This document shows positions 28,120-38,354 of a stretch of 64,000 nt of DNA, in pieces. The DNA is taken from assembly GCA_963730935.1 (NCBI GenBank), contig CAVSTP010000004.1, positions 1,280,001-1,344,000 of the forward strand, read 5' to 3'. The position numbers and the translations under genes are program-made. Every line of letters begins with the position of its first letter. Position 1 is the stretch's first letter. A model generated the notes under the pieces. It was given only the letters and a program-made list of their open reading frames with translations, ran no database searches and was not told the DNA's origin. Origin of the DNA: an uncultured Nitrospiraceae bacterium (GTDB lineage: Bacteria > Nitrospirota > Nitrospiria > Nitrospirales > Nitrospiraceae).

Positions 28120-28926
28120 CTATTCCTCGTCTTCTTCGTCCTTGCCCACCGACCGGCAGATGCCCCGTTTGGTCCCTTCAAGAAACGCCAGGACGGTCAT
28201 CACGTCCGGCTGATCGCCGAACTCCGCTTTCGCCAAGCGTGCGGCTTCGGCCATGCGATGGCCTGATCGAAACAGAATGTCATAGGCCCGCTTGAGAACC
28301 GCCACTCGGTCGGAAGAGAAGCCGTGGCGGCGTAGACCGACGGAATTGAGTCCGTACATCCGTGCCCGATAGCCCCCGGCCGCCCGCATGAAGGGCGGAA
28401 GGTCCTGTCCCAGCGCGCAGCAGCCGCCGACCATCGCATAGGCGCCGATGCGGACGTATTGATGGATGCCGGACAAGCCGCCGATGATCGCGTGGTCACC
28501 GATCGTAATATGGCCCGCCAGGCTCGCCGCGTTCGCCATGATCAATGAGTTGCCCAACCGGCAATCGTGCGCCACGTGGGTATAGGCCATGAGAAAATTC
28601 TTGTGGCCGATGGAGGTCACCCCACCGCCCTGCACTGTCGCCCGATTGACGGTCACATACTCGCGGAAGACGTTGTCATTTCCGACGACGACTTTCGTGG
28701 GCTCGCCTTTGTACCCCAGATGCTGCGGCGGTCCACCGATCGAGACGAAGGGATGAAGCTCGCACCGTTCACCGATCTCGGTCCATCCCTCCACGGTCAC
28801 CTGCGACAGCAGACGCGTCCCTTTGCCGAGCGTCACATGCTCTCCCACCACGCAGAACGGTCCGACGACGACGTCGTCGGCTAACTTTGCCTTGGGGTGG
28901 ACAATGGCATTGGGATGAATCTGCAC
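28120..28926 (-). CDS. lpxA: UDP-N-acetylglucosamine acyltransferase
   Basis: Hexapeptide repeats, HVAHDC, LAGH, IHQY, GLNSVGLRR. Confidence 0.96.
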   Translation of the reverse strand: MQIHPNAIVHPKAKLADDVVVGPFCVVGEHVTLGKGTRLLSQVTVEGWTEIGERCELHPFVSIGGPPQHLGYKGEPTKVVVGNDNVFREYVTVNRATVQGGGVTSIGHKNFLMAYTHVAHDCRLGNSLIMANAASLAGHITIGDHAIIGGLSGIHQYVRIGAYAMVGGCCALGQDLPPFMRAAGGYRARMYGLNSVGLRRHGFSSDRVAVLKRAYDILFRSGHRMAEAARLAKAEFGDQPDVMTVLAFLEGTKRGICRSVGKDEEDEE

Positions 28927-28963
28927 GTAGACCTCCGGTAATGATCGGTGCTCGTGATCTCTG

Positions 28964-29407
28964 TCACGCTTTCTCTTCAGTCACCATGGCGGTGACCTCC
29001 GCTTCGCACACCAGTTCTGCTTCGACATACGCCTTGCCGGCCATCTTCCAGAAGGGCGACCGTTTTTTCAGTACGTCGATTTCGAAACGGAGCCGATCCC
29101 CAGGCACGACAGGCTTCCGGAACTTGGCCCCGTCCACCCCGGTCAGATACACCACCGGCTTGTTGGCTGGCCCCAAGGACTTGAAGGCGAGCAGCCCGCC
29201 GACCTGCGCCATCGCCTCCAAGATCAGGACTCCCGGCATGACGGGCCGTCCGGGGAAATGACCTTGGAAAAACGGTTCATTCACCGTCACGTTCTTGATG
29301 CCGACGATTCGCCGGTCCGGCTCGAGTTCCAGCACGCGATCAACGAGCAAGAATGGATAGCGATGCGGCAGGAGCGCCTGGATCTCGGCTTGTTCCATCA
29401 CGGCCAT
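28964..29407 (-). CDS. fabZ: 3-hydroxyacyl-ACP dehydratase
   Basis: LPHRYPFLLVD, FFQGHFP..PVMPGVLILEAMAQ. Confidence 0.97.
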   Translation of the reverse strand: MAVMEQAEIQALLPHRYPFLLVDRVLELEPDRRIVGIKNVTVNEPFFQGHFPGRPVMPGVLILEAMAQVGGLLAFKSLGPANKPVVYLTGVDGAKFRKPVVPGDRLRFEIDVLKKRSPFWKMAGKAYVEAELVCEAEVTAMVTEEKA

Positions 29408-29432
29408 CGTCGACTCCCCTTTTCGACTCTAA

Positions 29433-29562
29433 AGAGTGCTCAAAATGGCTGTTCGGCGAGGCCGCAGCAAGCGCATAAGCGATGCGAGAACTCAGCCTGG
29501 GCCAACGCGCGCCTCGGCGCGTCAGGGTTGGGCGAGTGAGATAAGTGCCATTTCCGCATTCT
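29433..29562. repeat. Intergenic REP/MITE-like element with imperfect terminal inverted repeats
   Basis: agagtgctcaaaatggc (29433-29449) vs gccatttccgcattct (29547-29562); internal GC hairpin cgcgc-ctcg-gcgcg; shares gggcgRgtgaga with 41681-41783. Confidence 0.55.
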
Positions 29563-30098
29563 TACTTATTCACCTTATCGAATTCCTTCACCACCTGATC
29601 CGTCACGTCCAACCCACGCTGGTAATAGATCACGATCCGGATGAGGGCTTCGTTCCCGCGATCGATGACCGCAATGTACCCTTCCCTTTGCGCAACGACC
29701 TGAGCCGCCTCCTGGACTTTTTTTGTGTATTCGGCCACCATTTCGCGCTGCTTCTGCTGGATCTCCCGATTGAAGTCCGCTAGACGGCGCTGATACGCCT
29801 CCAGTTTCGCCTGGAACTGAGTCTGCTTTTCCTGTTTGGCTGCCTCGCTGAGTTTGGCATCCTGAACCGTCTGCTCCAGGTCCTTCAGCTCCTGATCATC
29901 TGAGCTAATGATTTTCTGTCTGGTCGCCTGATAGGCCTTCAGGTCCTCCAGCGCCCGTTTTCCCGCCTTGGACCGCTCAATGACGAGCTGCTGGTCCATG
30001 ACGCCAACTTTCACCGGTTCCGCCCCCAGCGTCATCGACGACATGGCCCACCAGAGCGGGCCCACCATCGCCAGCGCTATTATTGTGTGCCTCCCCAT
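29562..30098 (-). CDS. skp: OmpH/Skp periplasmic chaperone
   Basis: Signal peptide, VGVMDQQ.VIE.SKAGK, coiled coil, LDVTDQVV; AGAGGAGG SD before ATG 30098. Confidence 0.9.
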   Translation of the reverse strand: MGRHTIIALAMVGPLWWAMSSMTLGAEPVKVGVMDQQLVIERSKAGKRALEDLKAYQATRQKIISSDDQELKDLEQTVQDAKLSEAAKQEKQTQFQAKLEAYQRRLADFNREIQQKQREMVAEYTKKVQEAAQVVAQREGYIAVIDRGNEALIRIVIYYQRGLDVTDQVVKEFDKVNK

Positions 30099-30130
30099 GA
30101 TTCCTCCTCTGCCACCGGCTAATCCGGCGC

Positions 30131-30676
30131 TCACGGATACTCTTTGTTGAATTCTTCGATGACCTGACTCGTGATATCGAGCTCTTCATCACCGTAAATC
30201 GCGGGGCCGCCCTTACCTTTGTCGATGACCACTTGCAATCCATTTCGCTTGGCGACCTTGGCGACAACGGCCTCCACTTTATCACGGAACGCTTCGAGGA
30301 CATCCTTTTGTTTTTCTTGCACCTCTCGATTCAGCTCTCCCGCCTTCTGTTGGTATTCCGCCATACGGCGCCTGAACACTTGTTCGCGTTCGCTTTTCGC
30401 CGCCGGGCTGAGGACGCTGGCCTGCTTGATGAAATCCTCCTCCATGCGGCGCAGCTCCTTCTCTTCCATCTCGATCAACGCCTGACGATTCTTGGAGAAC
30501 GCGGTCAGCGAGTCCTTCGCCTTTTTCCCGGCGTTGGAGTCGTTGAGTACACGGGCCGGATCCATGAGGCCGATCTTGCCTTCGATCTTGGTCCCCGTGG
30601 CGCATCCCGCCATAGCAGCTATCCACGCCGCCAATGCCACCACCCACAGACCTCGACCCGATACAACCGTGTACAT
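30131..30676 (-). CDS. skp: OmpH/Skp chaperone paralog with lipobox-like signal
   Basis: KIGLMDPARVLNDSNAGK, LDITSQVI; signal ends in AAMAGC. Confidence 0.88.
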   Translation of the reverse strand: MYTVVSGRGLWVVALAAWIAAMAGCATGTKIEGKIGLMDPARVLNDSNAGKKAKDSLTAFSKNRQALIEMEEKELRRMEEDFIKQASVLSPAAKSEREQVFRRRMAEYQQKAGELNREVQEKQKDVLEAFRDKVEAVVAKVAKRNGLQVVIDKGKGGPAIYGDEELDITSQVIEEFNKEYP

Positions 30677-30686
30677 GGTCACCGTC

Positions 30687-33002
30687 CTAGAACAACGACC
30701 CGATTGTGAACTCGAACACGCCCTTCCGTTCTCCCGGGCGTGGATCGAGATTGATCCCATAGGCCGCCCGAAGCGGACCGAAGGGGGAGATCCAGCGTCC
30801 TTCAAATCCCGCCGACTTCCTCAAGTCGCTGAACGACACCGGTTCATTGTCGTTAAACCCATTTCCCCAATCGAAAAAGATCACACCGTTCAATTTCGCC
30901 TCGGACGAGATCGTGAAGATGAAATCGTTGTTGAAGATCAATTCCTTGGCGGCACCGAGCAAGGAGCCGCTCGCTGTGACGGGTCCCGCCCGACCAAAGA
31001 CGAATCCGCGCATCGTATTGATGCCGCCGACGAAGAACCGCTCCGTCAATGGAATGGGTTTTCCGCGCAGTCCTTCTGCCGAACCGTAGCGTGCATGGAT
31101 CGAGAATCTCGTATCAAACGGAAGGGGAGTGTATTTGATCGCATCGAGATAGTACTTGTAGAAATTGTTCGTCCCCCCCAGATACGGCGTCCCGAAGTCG
31201 AACCCCACGCTCGTCCGCAGGCCGCTTCGCGGGTCGAGGAAGTAGTCCCGTGTATCGCGGGCCAGGGTCGTCCGGAAGCCCGTCGTGGATTGGGTACCCA
31301 ATTGCGCAAGCACGAGTTCCGGCGCATCGACGGTCGGATCGCTGAAATCCAATTGCTCCGCCACGAAGCTGACGCTCCCGGTCACGTATTCGGACAGCCA
31401 TCGGCCGAACGTCAAACTGGCACCCGCCTTCTTTTCGAAGTAGGTAATGTAGTTCGTCATGCTACGGTAGACGTCTATTTGCATCGAGGTCAATGAGTCG
31501 TTCAGATAGGGATTCCGAAACGTGATCAGGCCGAGGGTCCGCTGTTGGCCCAGCTGCCCACGAATGCGGCCCATCCACCCGTTGCCGCCGAGATTACCCT
31601 CGGTGATGTCGGCGATGGCCACCAGTTTATCGAGCGTGCTGAAGCCGCCGCCGATGCTGAACTGCCCTGTCGGCTTTTCCTTGACCCGGACGTTGAGGTC
31701 GACCTTGTCCGCGTCGACCTGCTGCGGGAGAATTTCCACGGTCTCGAAGAAATTCAGGTTATTGAGGCGCTGAAAGCTCCGCTTGAGCGAGGGGGTATCG
31801 ATGACGTCCTGCTCATCGACGCGCAACTCGCGGCGGATGACGTTGTCTTTCGTCTTCTCGTTGCCGTGGATGTTGATCTGCCGGACGCGCATCATCTCGC
31901 CTTCCTTGATGTTGAGAATGATGGTGGCCGTGCGCTCCTCGGCGTTCGGATTCACATTCGGCACGACGTCCGCGAATGCATATCCCTTGCTGCCGTACAG
32001 ATCGGTCAGACGGCTAATCTCGTCCCGGATCTTTTGACGCTGGAAGATTTCTCCCGGCTTGATCTTCATCTTGTCGCGCAACTCGGGCTCTTCGAAGACC
32101 GTGTTGCCGCGGAAACCAACCTCGGCGACGGTGAACGGCTCCCCCTCGTTCACGGCGTACGTGACGTTAAACCACTTCTTATCTTCACTGAGCTCGACGG
32201 TCGGCAGACCGACCTGAGCGTTGAGATACCCTTTGTTGAGCAGCACTTCCCTAATCCGCTCGACGTCATTGTTCATCTCCTCGCGTTTGAGGACGCCCGC
32301 GTCGGAGAGAAACGACGGCAGCTTCAATTGGGTGAAGAGTCCGTACCACGGCACCCACTCGCGGGTGGCAGTGACCTTGAACATCTCGCTCTTGGAGGCC
32401 GACCGCATGCCCTCGAAATTGACAGATTTGATCTTGGCCTTTTCCCCTTCCTTGACGAAAAACGTGAGCCGCTTCCGGTCTTCGTCCAGCGTCTGGACGA
32501 TGGGAAAGACCTGGGCGCTGAAATAGCCGTCCTCTTGATAAGCCAGACGGATTTTTTCCGCGCTTTCCTTGGCCTGCTGCTGGTCCAGAAACGCCTGGCT
32601 TTTAATCGTGATTTTTTCCTTGAGCTTGTCGTCGCTTAATTCCTCGTTGCCGTCGAAGACGATTTCGGTGATGAACGGTTTCTCTTGCACGACGAACGTC
32701 AGGGCGATCCCTTCTGGTGTCGCCTCTGTTTCCAGCTGCACGTCTTCAAAGTAGCCGGTTTCATAGAGAATCTTGATTTGCCCCCGAACGTTTTCAGGGG
32801 TATACGGGTCGCCCGGCTTCAAGGTCAATCGTCCTTGAATGGCGGGAAGCTCGATTTTCTTGTTGCCGCGAATCTCGATGGAGGCCACCTTGGCCGTCGG
32901 GGTCTGCGCCAGCGCCTCACGCACAGGGCCGGCCGCGACGAAAACCAGGATCAGCATCACCAGCAACCAGTGCAGGCGTTGTACGGAAAACACCTCCGTC
33001 AC
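30687..33002 (-). CDS. bamA: Outer membrane protein assembly factor
   Basis: POTRA repeats, FFVGG.NTMRGF, WISPFGPL, C-terminal F. Likely start is GTG 33002 or 32993. Confidence 0.96.
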   Translation of the reverse strand: MTEVFSVQRLHWLLVMLILVFVAAGPVREALAQTPTAKVASIEIRGNKKIELPAIQGRLTLKPGDPYTPENVRGQIKILYETGYFEDVQLETEATPEGIALTFVVQEKPFITEIVFDGNEELSDDKLKEKITIKSQAFLDQQQAKESAEKIRLAYQEDGYFSAQVFPIVQTLDEDRKRLTFFVKEGEKAKIKSVNFEGMRSASKSEMFKVTATREWVPWYGLFTQLKLPSFLSDAGVLKREEMNNDVERIREVLLNKGYLNAQVGLPTVELSEDKKWFNVTYAVNEGEPFTVAEVGFRGNTVFEEPELRDKMKIKPGEIFQRQKIRDEISRLTDLYGSKGYAFADVVPNVNPNAEERTATIILNIKEGEMMRVRQINIHGNEKTKDNVIRRELRVDEQDVIDTPSLKRSFQRLNNLNFFETVEILPQQVDADKVDLNVRVKEKPTGQFSIGGGFSTLDKLVAIADITEGNLGGNGWMGRIRGQLGQQRTLGLITFRNPYLNDSLTSMQIDVYRSMTNYITYFEKKAGASLTFGRWLSEYVTGSVSFVAEQLDFSDPTVDAPELVLAQLGTQSTTGFRTTLARDTRDYFLDPRSGLRTSVGFDFGTPYLGGTNNFYKYYLDAIKYTPLPFDTRFSIHARYGSAEGLRGKPIPLTERFFVGGINTMRGFVFGRAGPVTASGSLLGAAKELIFNNDFIFTISSEAKLNGVIFFDWGNGFNDNEPVSFSDLRKSAGFEGRWISPFGPLRAAYGINLDPRPGERKGVFEFTIGSLF

Positions 33003-33210
33003 TAGCACCAGGCTCCCGAACGGTCCACCGAGTATAACAACCCCATCCAAAGGCCTCGATTAGGGGAGGAAGAACGCCCTTCACCTGAGCCCCGCAGTTG
33101 AGCCGGACCGGGAGCCATGGATGACAGCGGCAATGAAGGTCAACTGACGTGAGATGCCTACGCATGCAGCGTTGCAGCATCAGCCACGAACCTGAGTAAA
33201 AAACTCCCGG

Positions 33211-33239
33211 ATTATATGGGGCAAGTGCTTCAATGTAAA
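33211..33239 (-). promoter_or_regulatory. Sigma70 promoter for the bamA/lpx operon
   Basis: TTTACA-17 nt-TATAAT on the minus strand. Confidence 0.7.
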
Positions 33240-33297
33240 GCCGAACTGGGCCGGATCGGCGCCAGCAACTGAACGCGTCGGAGACATGGGCGATTCC

Positions 33298-33326
33298 TTG
33301 ACATCACCTACCCCATCACATACTAT
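33298..33326 (+). promoter_or_regulatory. Sigma70 promoter for galU-lon (predicted leaderless)
   Basis: TTGACA-17 nt-TACTAT, ending 6 nt before the galU ATG. Confidence 0.75.
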
Positions 33327-33332
33327 CGCCGT

Positions 33333-34238
33333 ATGCCGCGCACTGAGGTTCGTAAAGCCATTCTTCCCGCCGCGGGTCTCGGGACGCGGTTTCTTCCAGC
33401 GACCAAGGCGTCTCCCAAGGAAATGCTTCCCCTGGTTGACAAGCCGCTCATTCAATATGCGGTGGAAGAGGCGGTCGCCTCCGGCATCGAAGACATTATC
33501 GTCATCACCGGCCGAGGCAAGCGCGCCATCGAAGACCATTTCGATCGCTCCGTTGAGTTGGAAGAAAACCTCAAGGGCAACGGGAAGGGCCAGCTGCTCA
33601 GTCAGATCCGGCATATTTCGAACCTGGCCAATTTCTGTTACGTGCGGCAGTCCGAAGCCTTGGGCCTTGGGCATGCCGTGCTCTGCGCGCAACATTTGAT
33701 CGGCGATGAACCGTTTGCCGTCATGCTGGGCGATGAAATCATCGATGCCTCCGTGCCAGCTCTTGCACAACTGGTGCATACCTACAAGAAGCATCACGGC
33801 GCGGTTCTGGGCATTCAGGAAGTGCCCCATCAGGAAGTCAACCGGTACGGCATCATCTCGCCGGAGCGGCTGTCGGACGGTCTCTATAAGGTGGCGGATC
33901 TCGTCGAGAAGCCGGCGCCCTCGGACGCTCCCTCGAATTTGGCCGTCATCGGCCGTTACGTGCTGCCTCCGGAAATTTTTCCGATTTTGCGCAAGACGAA
34001 GCCGGGGAAGAACGGAGAGATTCAGCTCACCGACGCACTGAGGGAATTGGCCAAGCATTCCCCGATGTTTGCGCTCGAAGTCAAAGGAAACCGCTACGAC
34101 GCCGGCGACAAGCTGGGTTTCCTCATCGCGACCGTCGAATTTGCGCTGAAAAACCCGTCGTTGGGCGCAGACTTCGCAGACTACCTTCGGAGCCGCACCG
34201 AGTCGGCCGGGGAGCATCGCCGCACCGGCAGAGCCTAG
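33333..34238 (+). CDS. galU: UTP--glucose-1-phosphate uridylyltransferase
   Basis: KAILPAAGLGTRFLPATKASPKEMLP, GLGHAV, VEKP, EIQLTDA. Confidence 0.97.
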   Translation: MPRTEVRKAILPAAGLGTRFLPATKASPKEMLPLVDKPLIQYAVEEAVASGIEDIIVITGRGKRAIEDHFDRSVELEENLKGNGKGQLLSQIRHISNLANFCYVRQSEALGLGHAVLCAQHLIGDEPFAVMLGDEIIDASVPALAQLVHTYKKHHGAVLGIQEVPHQEVNRYGIISPERLSDGLYKVADLVEKPAPSDAPSNLAVIGRYVLPPEIFPILRKTKPGKNGEIQLTDALRELAKHSPMFALEVKGNRYDAGDKLGFLIATVEFALKNPSLGADFADYLRSRTESAGEHRRTGRA

Positions 34239-34295
34239 CCATCGTATCCGTTCCGTGTCGAAGAACGATTCAACCGAGATCGTGAGCGCACGCCG

Positions 34296-36797
34296 ATGAG
34301 CGAATCGATCGAACAAGACCTGACGCCGCCTCAAAACGTGGAAATTCCCGACCAGCTGCCGCTGCTGCCGGTGCGCGACATCGTCGTGTTTCCGTACATG
34401 GTGCTGCCGCTGTTCGTCGGCCGCGAGATGTCGATCAAGGCCATCGAGGCCGCGCTGGCGGGCAACCGGATGATCTTCTTGGCGACGCAAAAGGCCCTCG
34501 ACGTCGAGAACCCCACCCCTGACGACATCCATGTGATCGGCACGGTCGGCATCATTATGCGGATGCTGAAGCTGCCCGACGAGCGGATCAAAATTCTCGT
34601 TCAAGGCCTCTCAAAGGCCAAGATTTCCGGCTATATCCAAACCGATCCGTATTATTCCGTGCGCATCGAAAAAATCAACGAGACCAAGGCCGCGAGCTCC
34701 ACCCTCGAGAGCGAAGCGGTGATGCGAACCGTCAAGGAGCAAATCGAACGGATTGTCAGCCTTGGGAAGGTGCTGATTCCGGACGTGATGGTCGTCATCG
34801 AAAATTTGGAGGATCCGGGCCGCTTGGCCGACATGATCGCCTCCAATCTGGGTCTCAAAGTCGAAGTGACCCAGTCGGTACTGGAGATCACGGAGCCGCT
34901 CAAGCGTCTGCGGCAAATCAGCGAAATCCTGGCGAAGGAAATCGAAGTCCTCTCGATGCAACAGAAAATTCAGGCCCAGGCCAAGGGTGAGATGGACAAG
35001 ACCCAGCGTGAATATTTTCTGCGAGAGCAGCTCAAGGCGATTCAAAAGGAGCTCGGCGAGCTGGACGAACGGGCCGAGGAAGTCGCGGAGTTCCGCAAGC
35101 GCGTCAAAGACGCCAAGATGCCCGAGAAGGTGCTGAAGGAAACTGAAAAGCAGCTCAAGCGTCTGGAGAAGATGCACCCGGACACCGCGGAATCGGCGAC
35201 GGTTCGCACCTATCTTGAGTGGATGGTCGAGCTGCCCTGGTCCAAAAAATCGAAAGACAACCTGGATCTACGGGCCGCGAACAAGGTCCTCAATGAAGAT
35301 CACTACGACCTGGAAAAGGTGAAGGAACGCATTCTCGAGTACCTGGCCGTCAGAAAGCTGAAAGAAAAGATGAAAGGCCCGATCCTCTGTTTCGTGGGCC
35401 CGCCCGGAGTCGGCAAAACATCGCTGGGCAAGTCGATCGCCCGCGCACTTGGCCGCGAGTTCGTGCGCATCAGTCTGGGCGGCGTGCGCGATGAAGCCGA
35501 GATCCGCGGCCATCGACGGACCTATGTCGGCGCCCTGCCCGGCCGCATGATTCAAGGCATGAAACAGGCCGGTACCAGCAACCCGGTCTTCATGCTGGAC
35601 GAAATCGATAAGGTCGGCATGGATTTTCGTGGCGACCCCTCGGCCGCCCTGCTCGAGGTGCTCGATCCCGAGCAAAACAACACCTTTACCGACCATTATC
35701 TGGGCGTGCCGTTCGATCTCTCGGAAGTGATGTTCATCACCACGGCGAACCTCATCGATCCGATTCTTCCTGCCCTTCGCGACCGCATGGAGATCATCGA
35801 GATCCCCGGCTACACCGAAGAGGAGAAGCTCGGTATCGCCCAGCGTTACCTCATCCCGCGACAGCTCAATGAGCACGGCATCACGGAGAAGCACGTCAAA
35901 ATCGTCGAAGCGGCGATCCGCCAGATCATCATCCATTACACGCGCGAAGCCGGGGTCCGAAATCTCGAACGGGAAATCGCCAATGTGATGCGCAAGGTAG
36001 CCAAAAAGGTCGCTGAGGGCAAAGGGCTGGGATTCCCCGTGAACGCCGGCAATCTGCACAAATATCTCGGCGTTCCGAAGTTCGTGCCTGAATCGGAGCT
36101 CGAGAAAGACGAAATCGGCGTGGCGACCGGTCTGGCCTGGACCGAGGCCGGCGGCGACGTGCTCTATATTGAAGCGACGGTCATGAAGGGCAAGGGCGCT
36201 CTGACCTTGACGGGTCATCTCGGCGACGTCATGAAGGAATCGGCGCAGGCCGCCTTGAGCTACGTCCGCTCGCGCGAAAAAACTCTCGGCATCAACCCAG
36301 ATATGTTCACCAAGCAGGACCTGCACATCCATGTGCCGGCCGGCGCCATTCCCAAAGACGGTCCCTCCGCCGGCATCACCATGGCGACCGCCATCGCATC
36401 GGCCATGGCGCAGGTGCCGACGCGCCGGGATCTGGCGATGACCGGTGAAATCACATTGCGGGGGCGCGTGCTGCCGATCGGGGGCTTGAAGGAAAAAATC
36501 CTTGCGGCCAAACGCGCGAGATTGACCGCTGTGATTCTGCCGAAGCGCAACAAGAAGGATCTCGACGAGATCCCGAAGCACATTCTCAAAGGCATCCAGC
36601 TCGTGTTTGCCGATACGATGGACGATGTGATGAAAGTGGCCTTGCGGCGAAGAACCCCGATGAAGAAGGCGAGCCGGCCGCAGTCCCCGCAGGAATCGCC
36701 GAAGCCGGTGCCCCGCATCGAAAAATCGAGGCGAGCCGAGCAAACCGCACATGCACGATCAGCTGCACCTCCGCTGACCTCCCACCGGCCGCATTAG
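34296..36797 (+). CDS. lon: ATP-dependent Lon protease
   Basis: LON N-domain, [35 protein letters not shown]. Confidence 0.98.
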   Translation: MSESIEQDLTPPQNVEIPDQLPLLPVRDIVVFPYMVLPLFVGREMSIKAIEAALAGNRMIFLATQKALDVENPTPDDIHVIGTVGIIMRMLKLPDERIKILVQGLSKAKISGYIQTDPYYSVRIEKINETKAASSTLESEAVMRTVKEQIERIVSLGKVLIPDVMVVIENLEDPGRLADMIASNLGLKVEVTQSVLEITEPLKRLRQISEILAKEIEVLSMQQKIQAQAKGEMDKTQREYFLREQLKAIQKELGELDERAEEVAEFRKRVKDAKMPEKVLKETEKQLKRLEKMHPDTAESATVRTYLEWMVELPWSKKSKDNLDLRAANKVLNEDHYDLEKVKERILEYLAVRKLKEKMKGPILCFVGPPGVGKTSLGKSIARALGREFVRISLGGVRDEAEIRGHRRTYVGALPGRMIQGMKQAGTSNPVFMLDEIDKVGMDFRGDPSAALLEVLDPEQNNTFTDHYLGVPFDLSEVMFITTANLIDPILPALRDRMEIIEIPGYTEEEKLGIAQRYLIPRQLNEHGITEKHVKIVEAAIRQIIIHYTREAGVRNLEREIANVMRKVAKKVAEGKGLGFPVNAGNLHKYLGVPKFVPESELEKDEIGVATGLAWTEAGGDVLYIEATVMKGKGALTLTGHLGDVMKESAQAALSYVRSREKTLGINPDMFTKQDLHIHVPAGAIPKDGPSAGITMATAIASAMAQVPTRRDLAMTGEITLRGRVLPIGGLKEKILAAKRARLTAVILPKRNKKDLDEIPKHILKGIQLVFADTMDDVMKVALRRRTPMKKASRPQSPQESPKPVPRIEKSRRAEQTAHARSAAPPLTSHRPH

Positions 36798-36798
36798 C

Positions 36799-37854
36799 AT
36801 GACCTTGTCGGTCCGCTCTCAGACCAGTTCAACGATCCGTGAATTCGACCTGATCCGGACACTCAAGAAACGGTACGGAACGACGAGTGCCCAGATTGTC
36901 CGCGGCATCGGCGACGACGCCGCGGTGATCGCCTCCGGCCGCAAACGGTACTTGTTGACGACCGATCTCCTTGTCGAGGGCATCCATTTCGACCGCCGCA
37001 CCGCCGCCTTCACCGACATCGGGTTTCGGGCCGCAACCGCCAATCTCAGCGACATCGCCGCCATGGGGGGAACTCCAGAGTATCTCCTGGTTGCCCTGGC
37101 CATTCCTCGTGACGCAACAGCGCGGCAGGTGCAGCAGTTGTATGACGGCATGATGGCCGCCTGCCGCCCTCATCGGGTCAGACTGATCGGTGGCGACACG
37201 TCCGCGTCGAGGGGGGACTGGTTCGTCAATATTATGCTCGTCGGATCAGCACTACGAGGCCGAATGATGTTCAGAAGCGGAGCGAAGGTGGGCGACGACC
37301 TCTATGTCACGGGCACACTTGGGGATTCCCGAGCGGGGCTTCACGTGCTGCAGCGGCCGCGAGGAATGGCCCCCGCGCGATCCCTGCCGGCCGCACATCG
37401 GCGGCTCTTGATCCAACGGCACTTGCGGCCAACCGCGCGCATTCGGGAAGGACGCTGGCTCTCGAAATCCCGCTGGGCGACTTCGGCCATTGATCTGTCG
37501 GACGGACTCGCCGGCGACCTCCGCCATCTCTGTGCGGAAAGTGGAGTCGGGGCCCTGATAGAGCTGGCTGCGCTGCCGGTTTCCTCTGCCTGCCGTCAGT
37601 ACGCCTTTTCCCTAAGGCAGGATCCCAAAGCCCTCGCCTTGGCCGGAGGAGAAGACTATGAACTCCTGTTCACGGTGTCTGCACGGCACCGGACTCGGTT
37701 CGAACGGGCGTCGGCGCAACAGCATCTCCGAATGACCAGGGTGGGAAGAATGACGGCTGCGAAGGAGGGGCTTCGCATGACGCTGCCGGACGGACGCCAG
37801 CGCCCGCTGCCCTGCTCCAGTTACGAACATTTCCGCTCAAGGCCGTCAAGATAG
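36799..37854 (+). CDS. thiL: Thiamine-monophosphate kinase
   Basis: EFDLI, GIGDDAA, NLSDIAAMGG, GGDT, DLSDGL, GGEDYELLFT. Confidence 0.96.
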   Translation: MTLSVRSQTSSTIREFDLIRTLKKRYGTTSAQIVRGIGDDAAVIASGRKRYLLTTDLLVEGIHFDRRTAAFTDIGFRAATANLSDIAAMGGTPEYLLVALAIPRDATARQVQQLYDGMMAACRPHRVRLIGGDTSASRGDWFVNIMLVGSALRGRMMFRSGAKVGDDLYVTGTLGDSRAGLHVLQRPRGMAPARSLPAAHRRLLIQRHLRPTARIREGRWLSKSRWATSAIDLSDGLAGDLRHLCAESGVGALIELAALPVSSACRQYAFSLRQDPKALALAGGEDYELLFTVSARHRTRFERASAQQHLRMTRVGRMTAAKEGLRMTLPDGRQRPLPCSSYEHFRSRPSR

Positions 37855-37863
37855 CTGCAACCC

Positions 37864-38340
37864 ATGGCCTCATTCCAAGCTCTTCTCAAGCAGGTACTCC
37901 ATCTTCAGGAATCGCCGCACCGCACGGCGCTGGCATTTGCGATCGGCTGTGGGATAGCCTTCTGCCCTCTGTACGGCTTTCACATGGTCCTGGTGGGACT
38001 CTGCACATGGGCGTTCAAGCTCAATTTTGTGGCGTTGCTCGCCGGCGCCCTCATCAACAACCCGTGGACCCTCGTGCCGGTCCTGGGCGCCACCTACTGG
38101 ACTGGCGCCGTCCTGCTCGGGCGATCGGAAAGTCCTTCGTTCGACTGGGGTGAACTCGGTTTCAGCGCGATTTACGAGCAGGTCATCCCGTATGCCGTGC
38201 CTTTTGCACTCGGTGGGGTCGTACTCAGCCTGATCGCGGGGATCCTGTCCTATCCGCTGGCGCTCTATGTCATCACGAAGCATCGGCAGTCGGTCGCCAG
38301 GCATGCGGAGCCATTGCCGCCTCCCAAGCCGCTACGTTAA
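37864..38340 (+). CDS. DUF2062-family membrane protein
   Basis: SPHRTALAFAIG...INNPWT, hydrophobic segments. Confidence 0.8.
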   Translation: MASFQALLKQVLHLQESPHRTALAFAIGCGIAFCPLYGFHMVLVGLCTWAFKLNFVALLAGALINNPWTLVPVLGATYWTGAVLLGRSESPSFDWGELGFSAIYEQVIPYAVPFALGGVVLSLIAGILSYPLALYVITKHRQSVARHAEPLPPPKPLR

Positions 38341-38354
38341 GATGTTTCGGCCCC

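Noticed and set aside
28927..30687. Absence of lpxD and lpxC from the bamA-skp-fabZ-lpxA cluster
   Set aside because: These genes are often located elsewhere; this cannot be judged from one window.
33180..34604. 474-aa minus-strand ORF
   Set aside because: Antisense shadow of galU and lon with no recognisable motifs; typical of GC-rich codon bias.
35268..36752. 494-aa minus-strand ORF
   Set aside because: Antisense shadow of lon.
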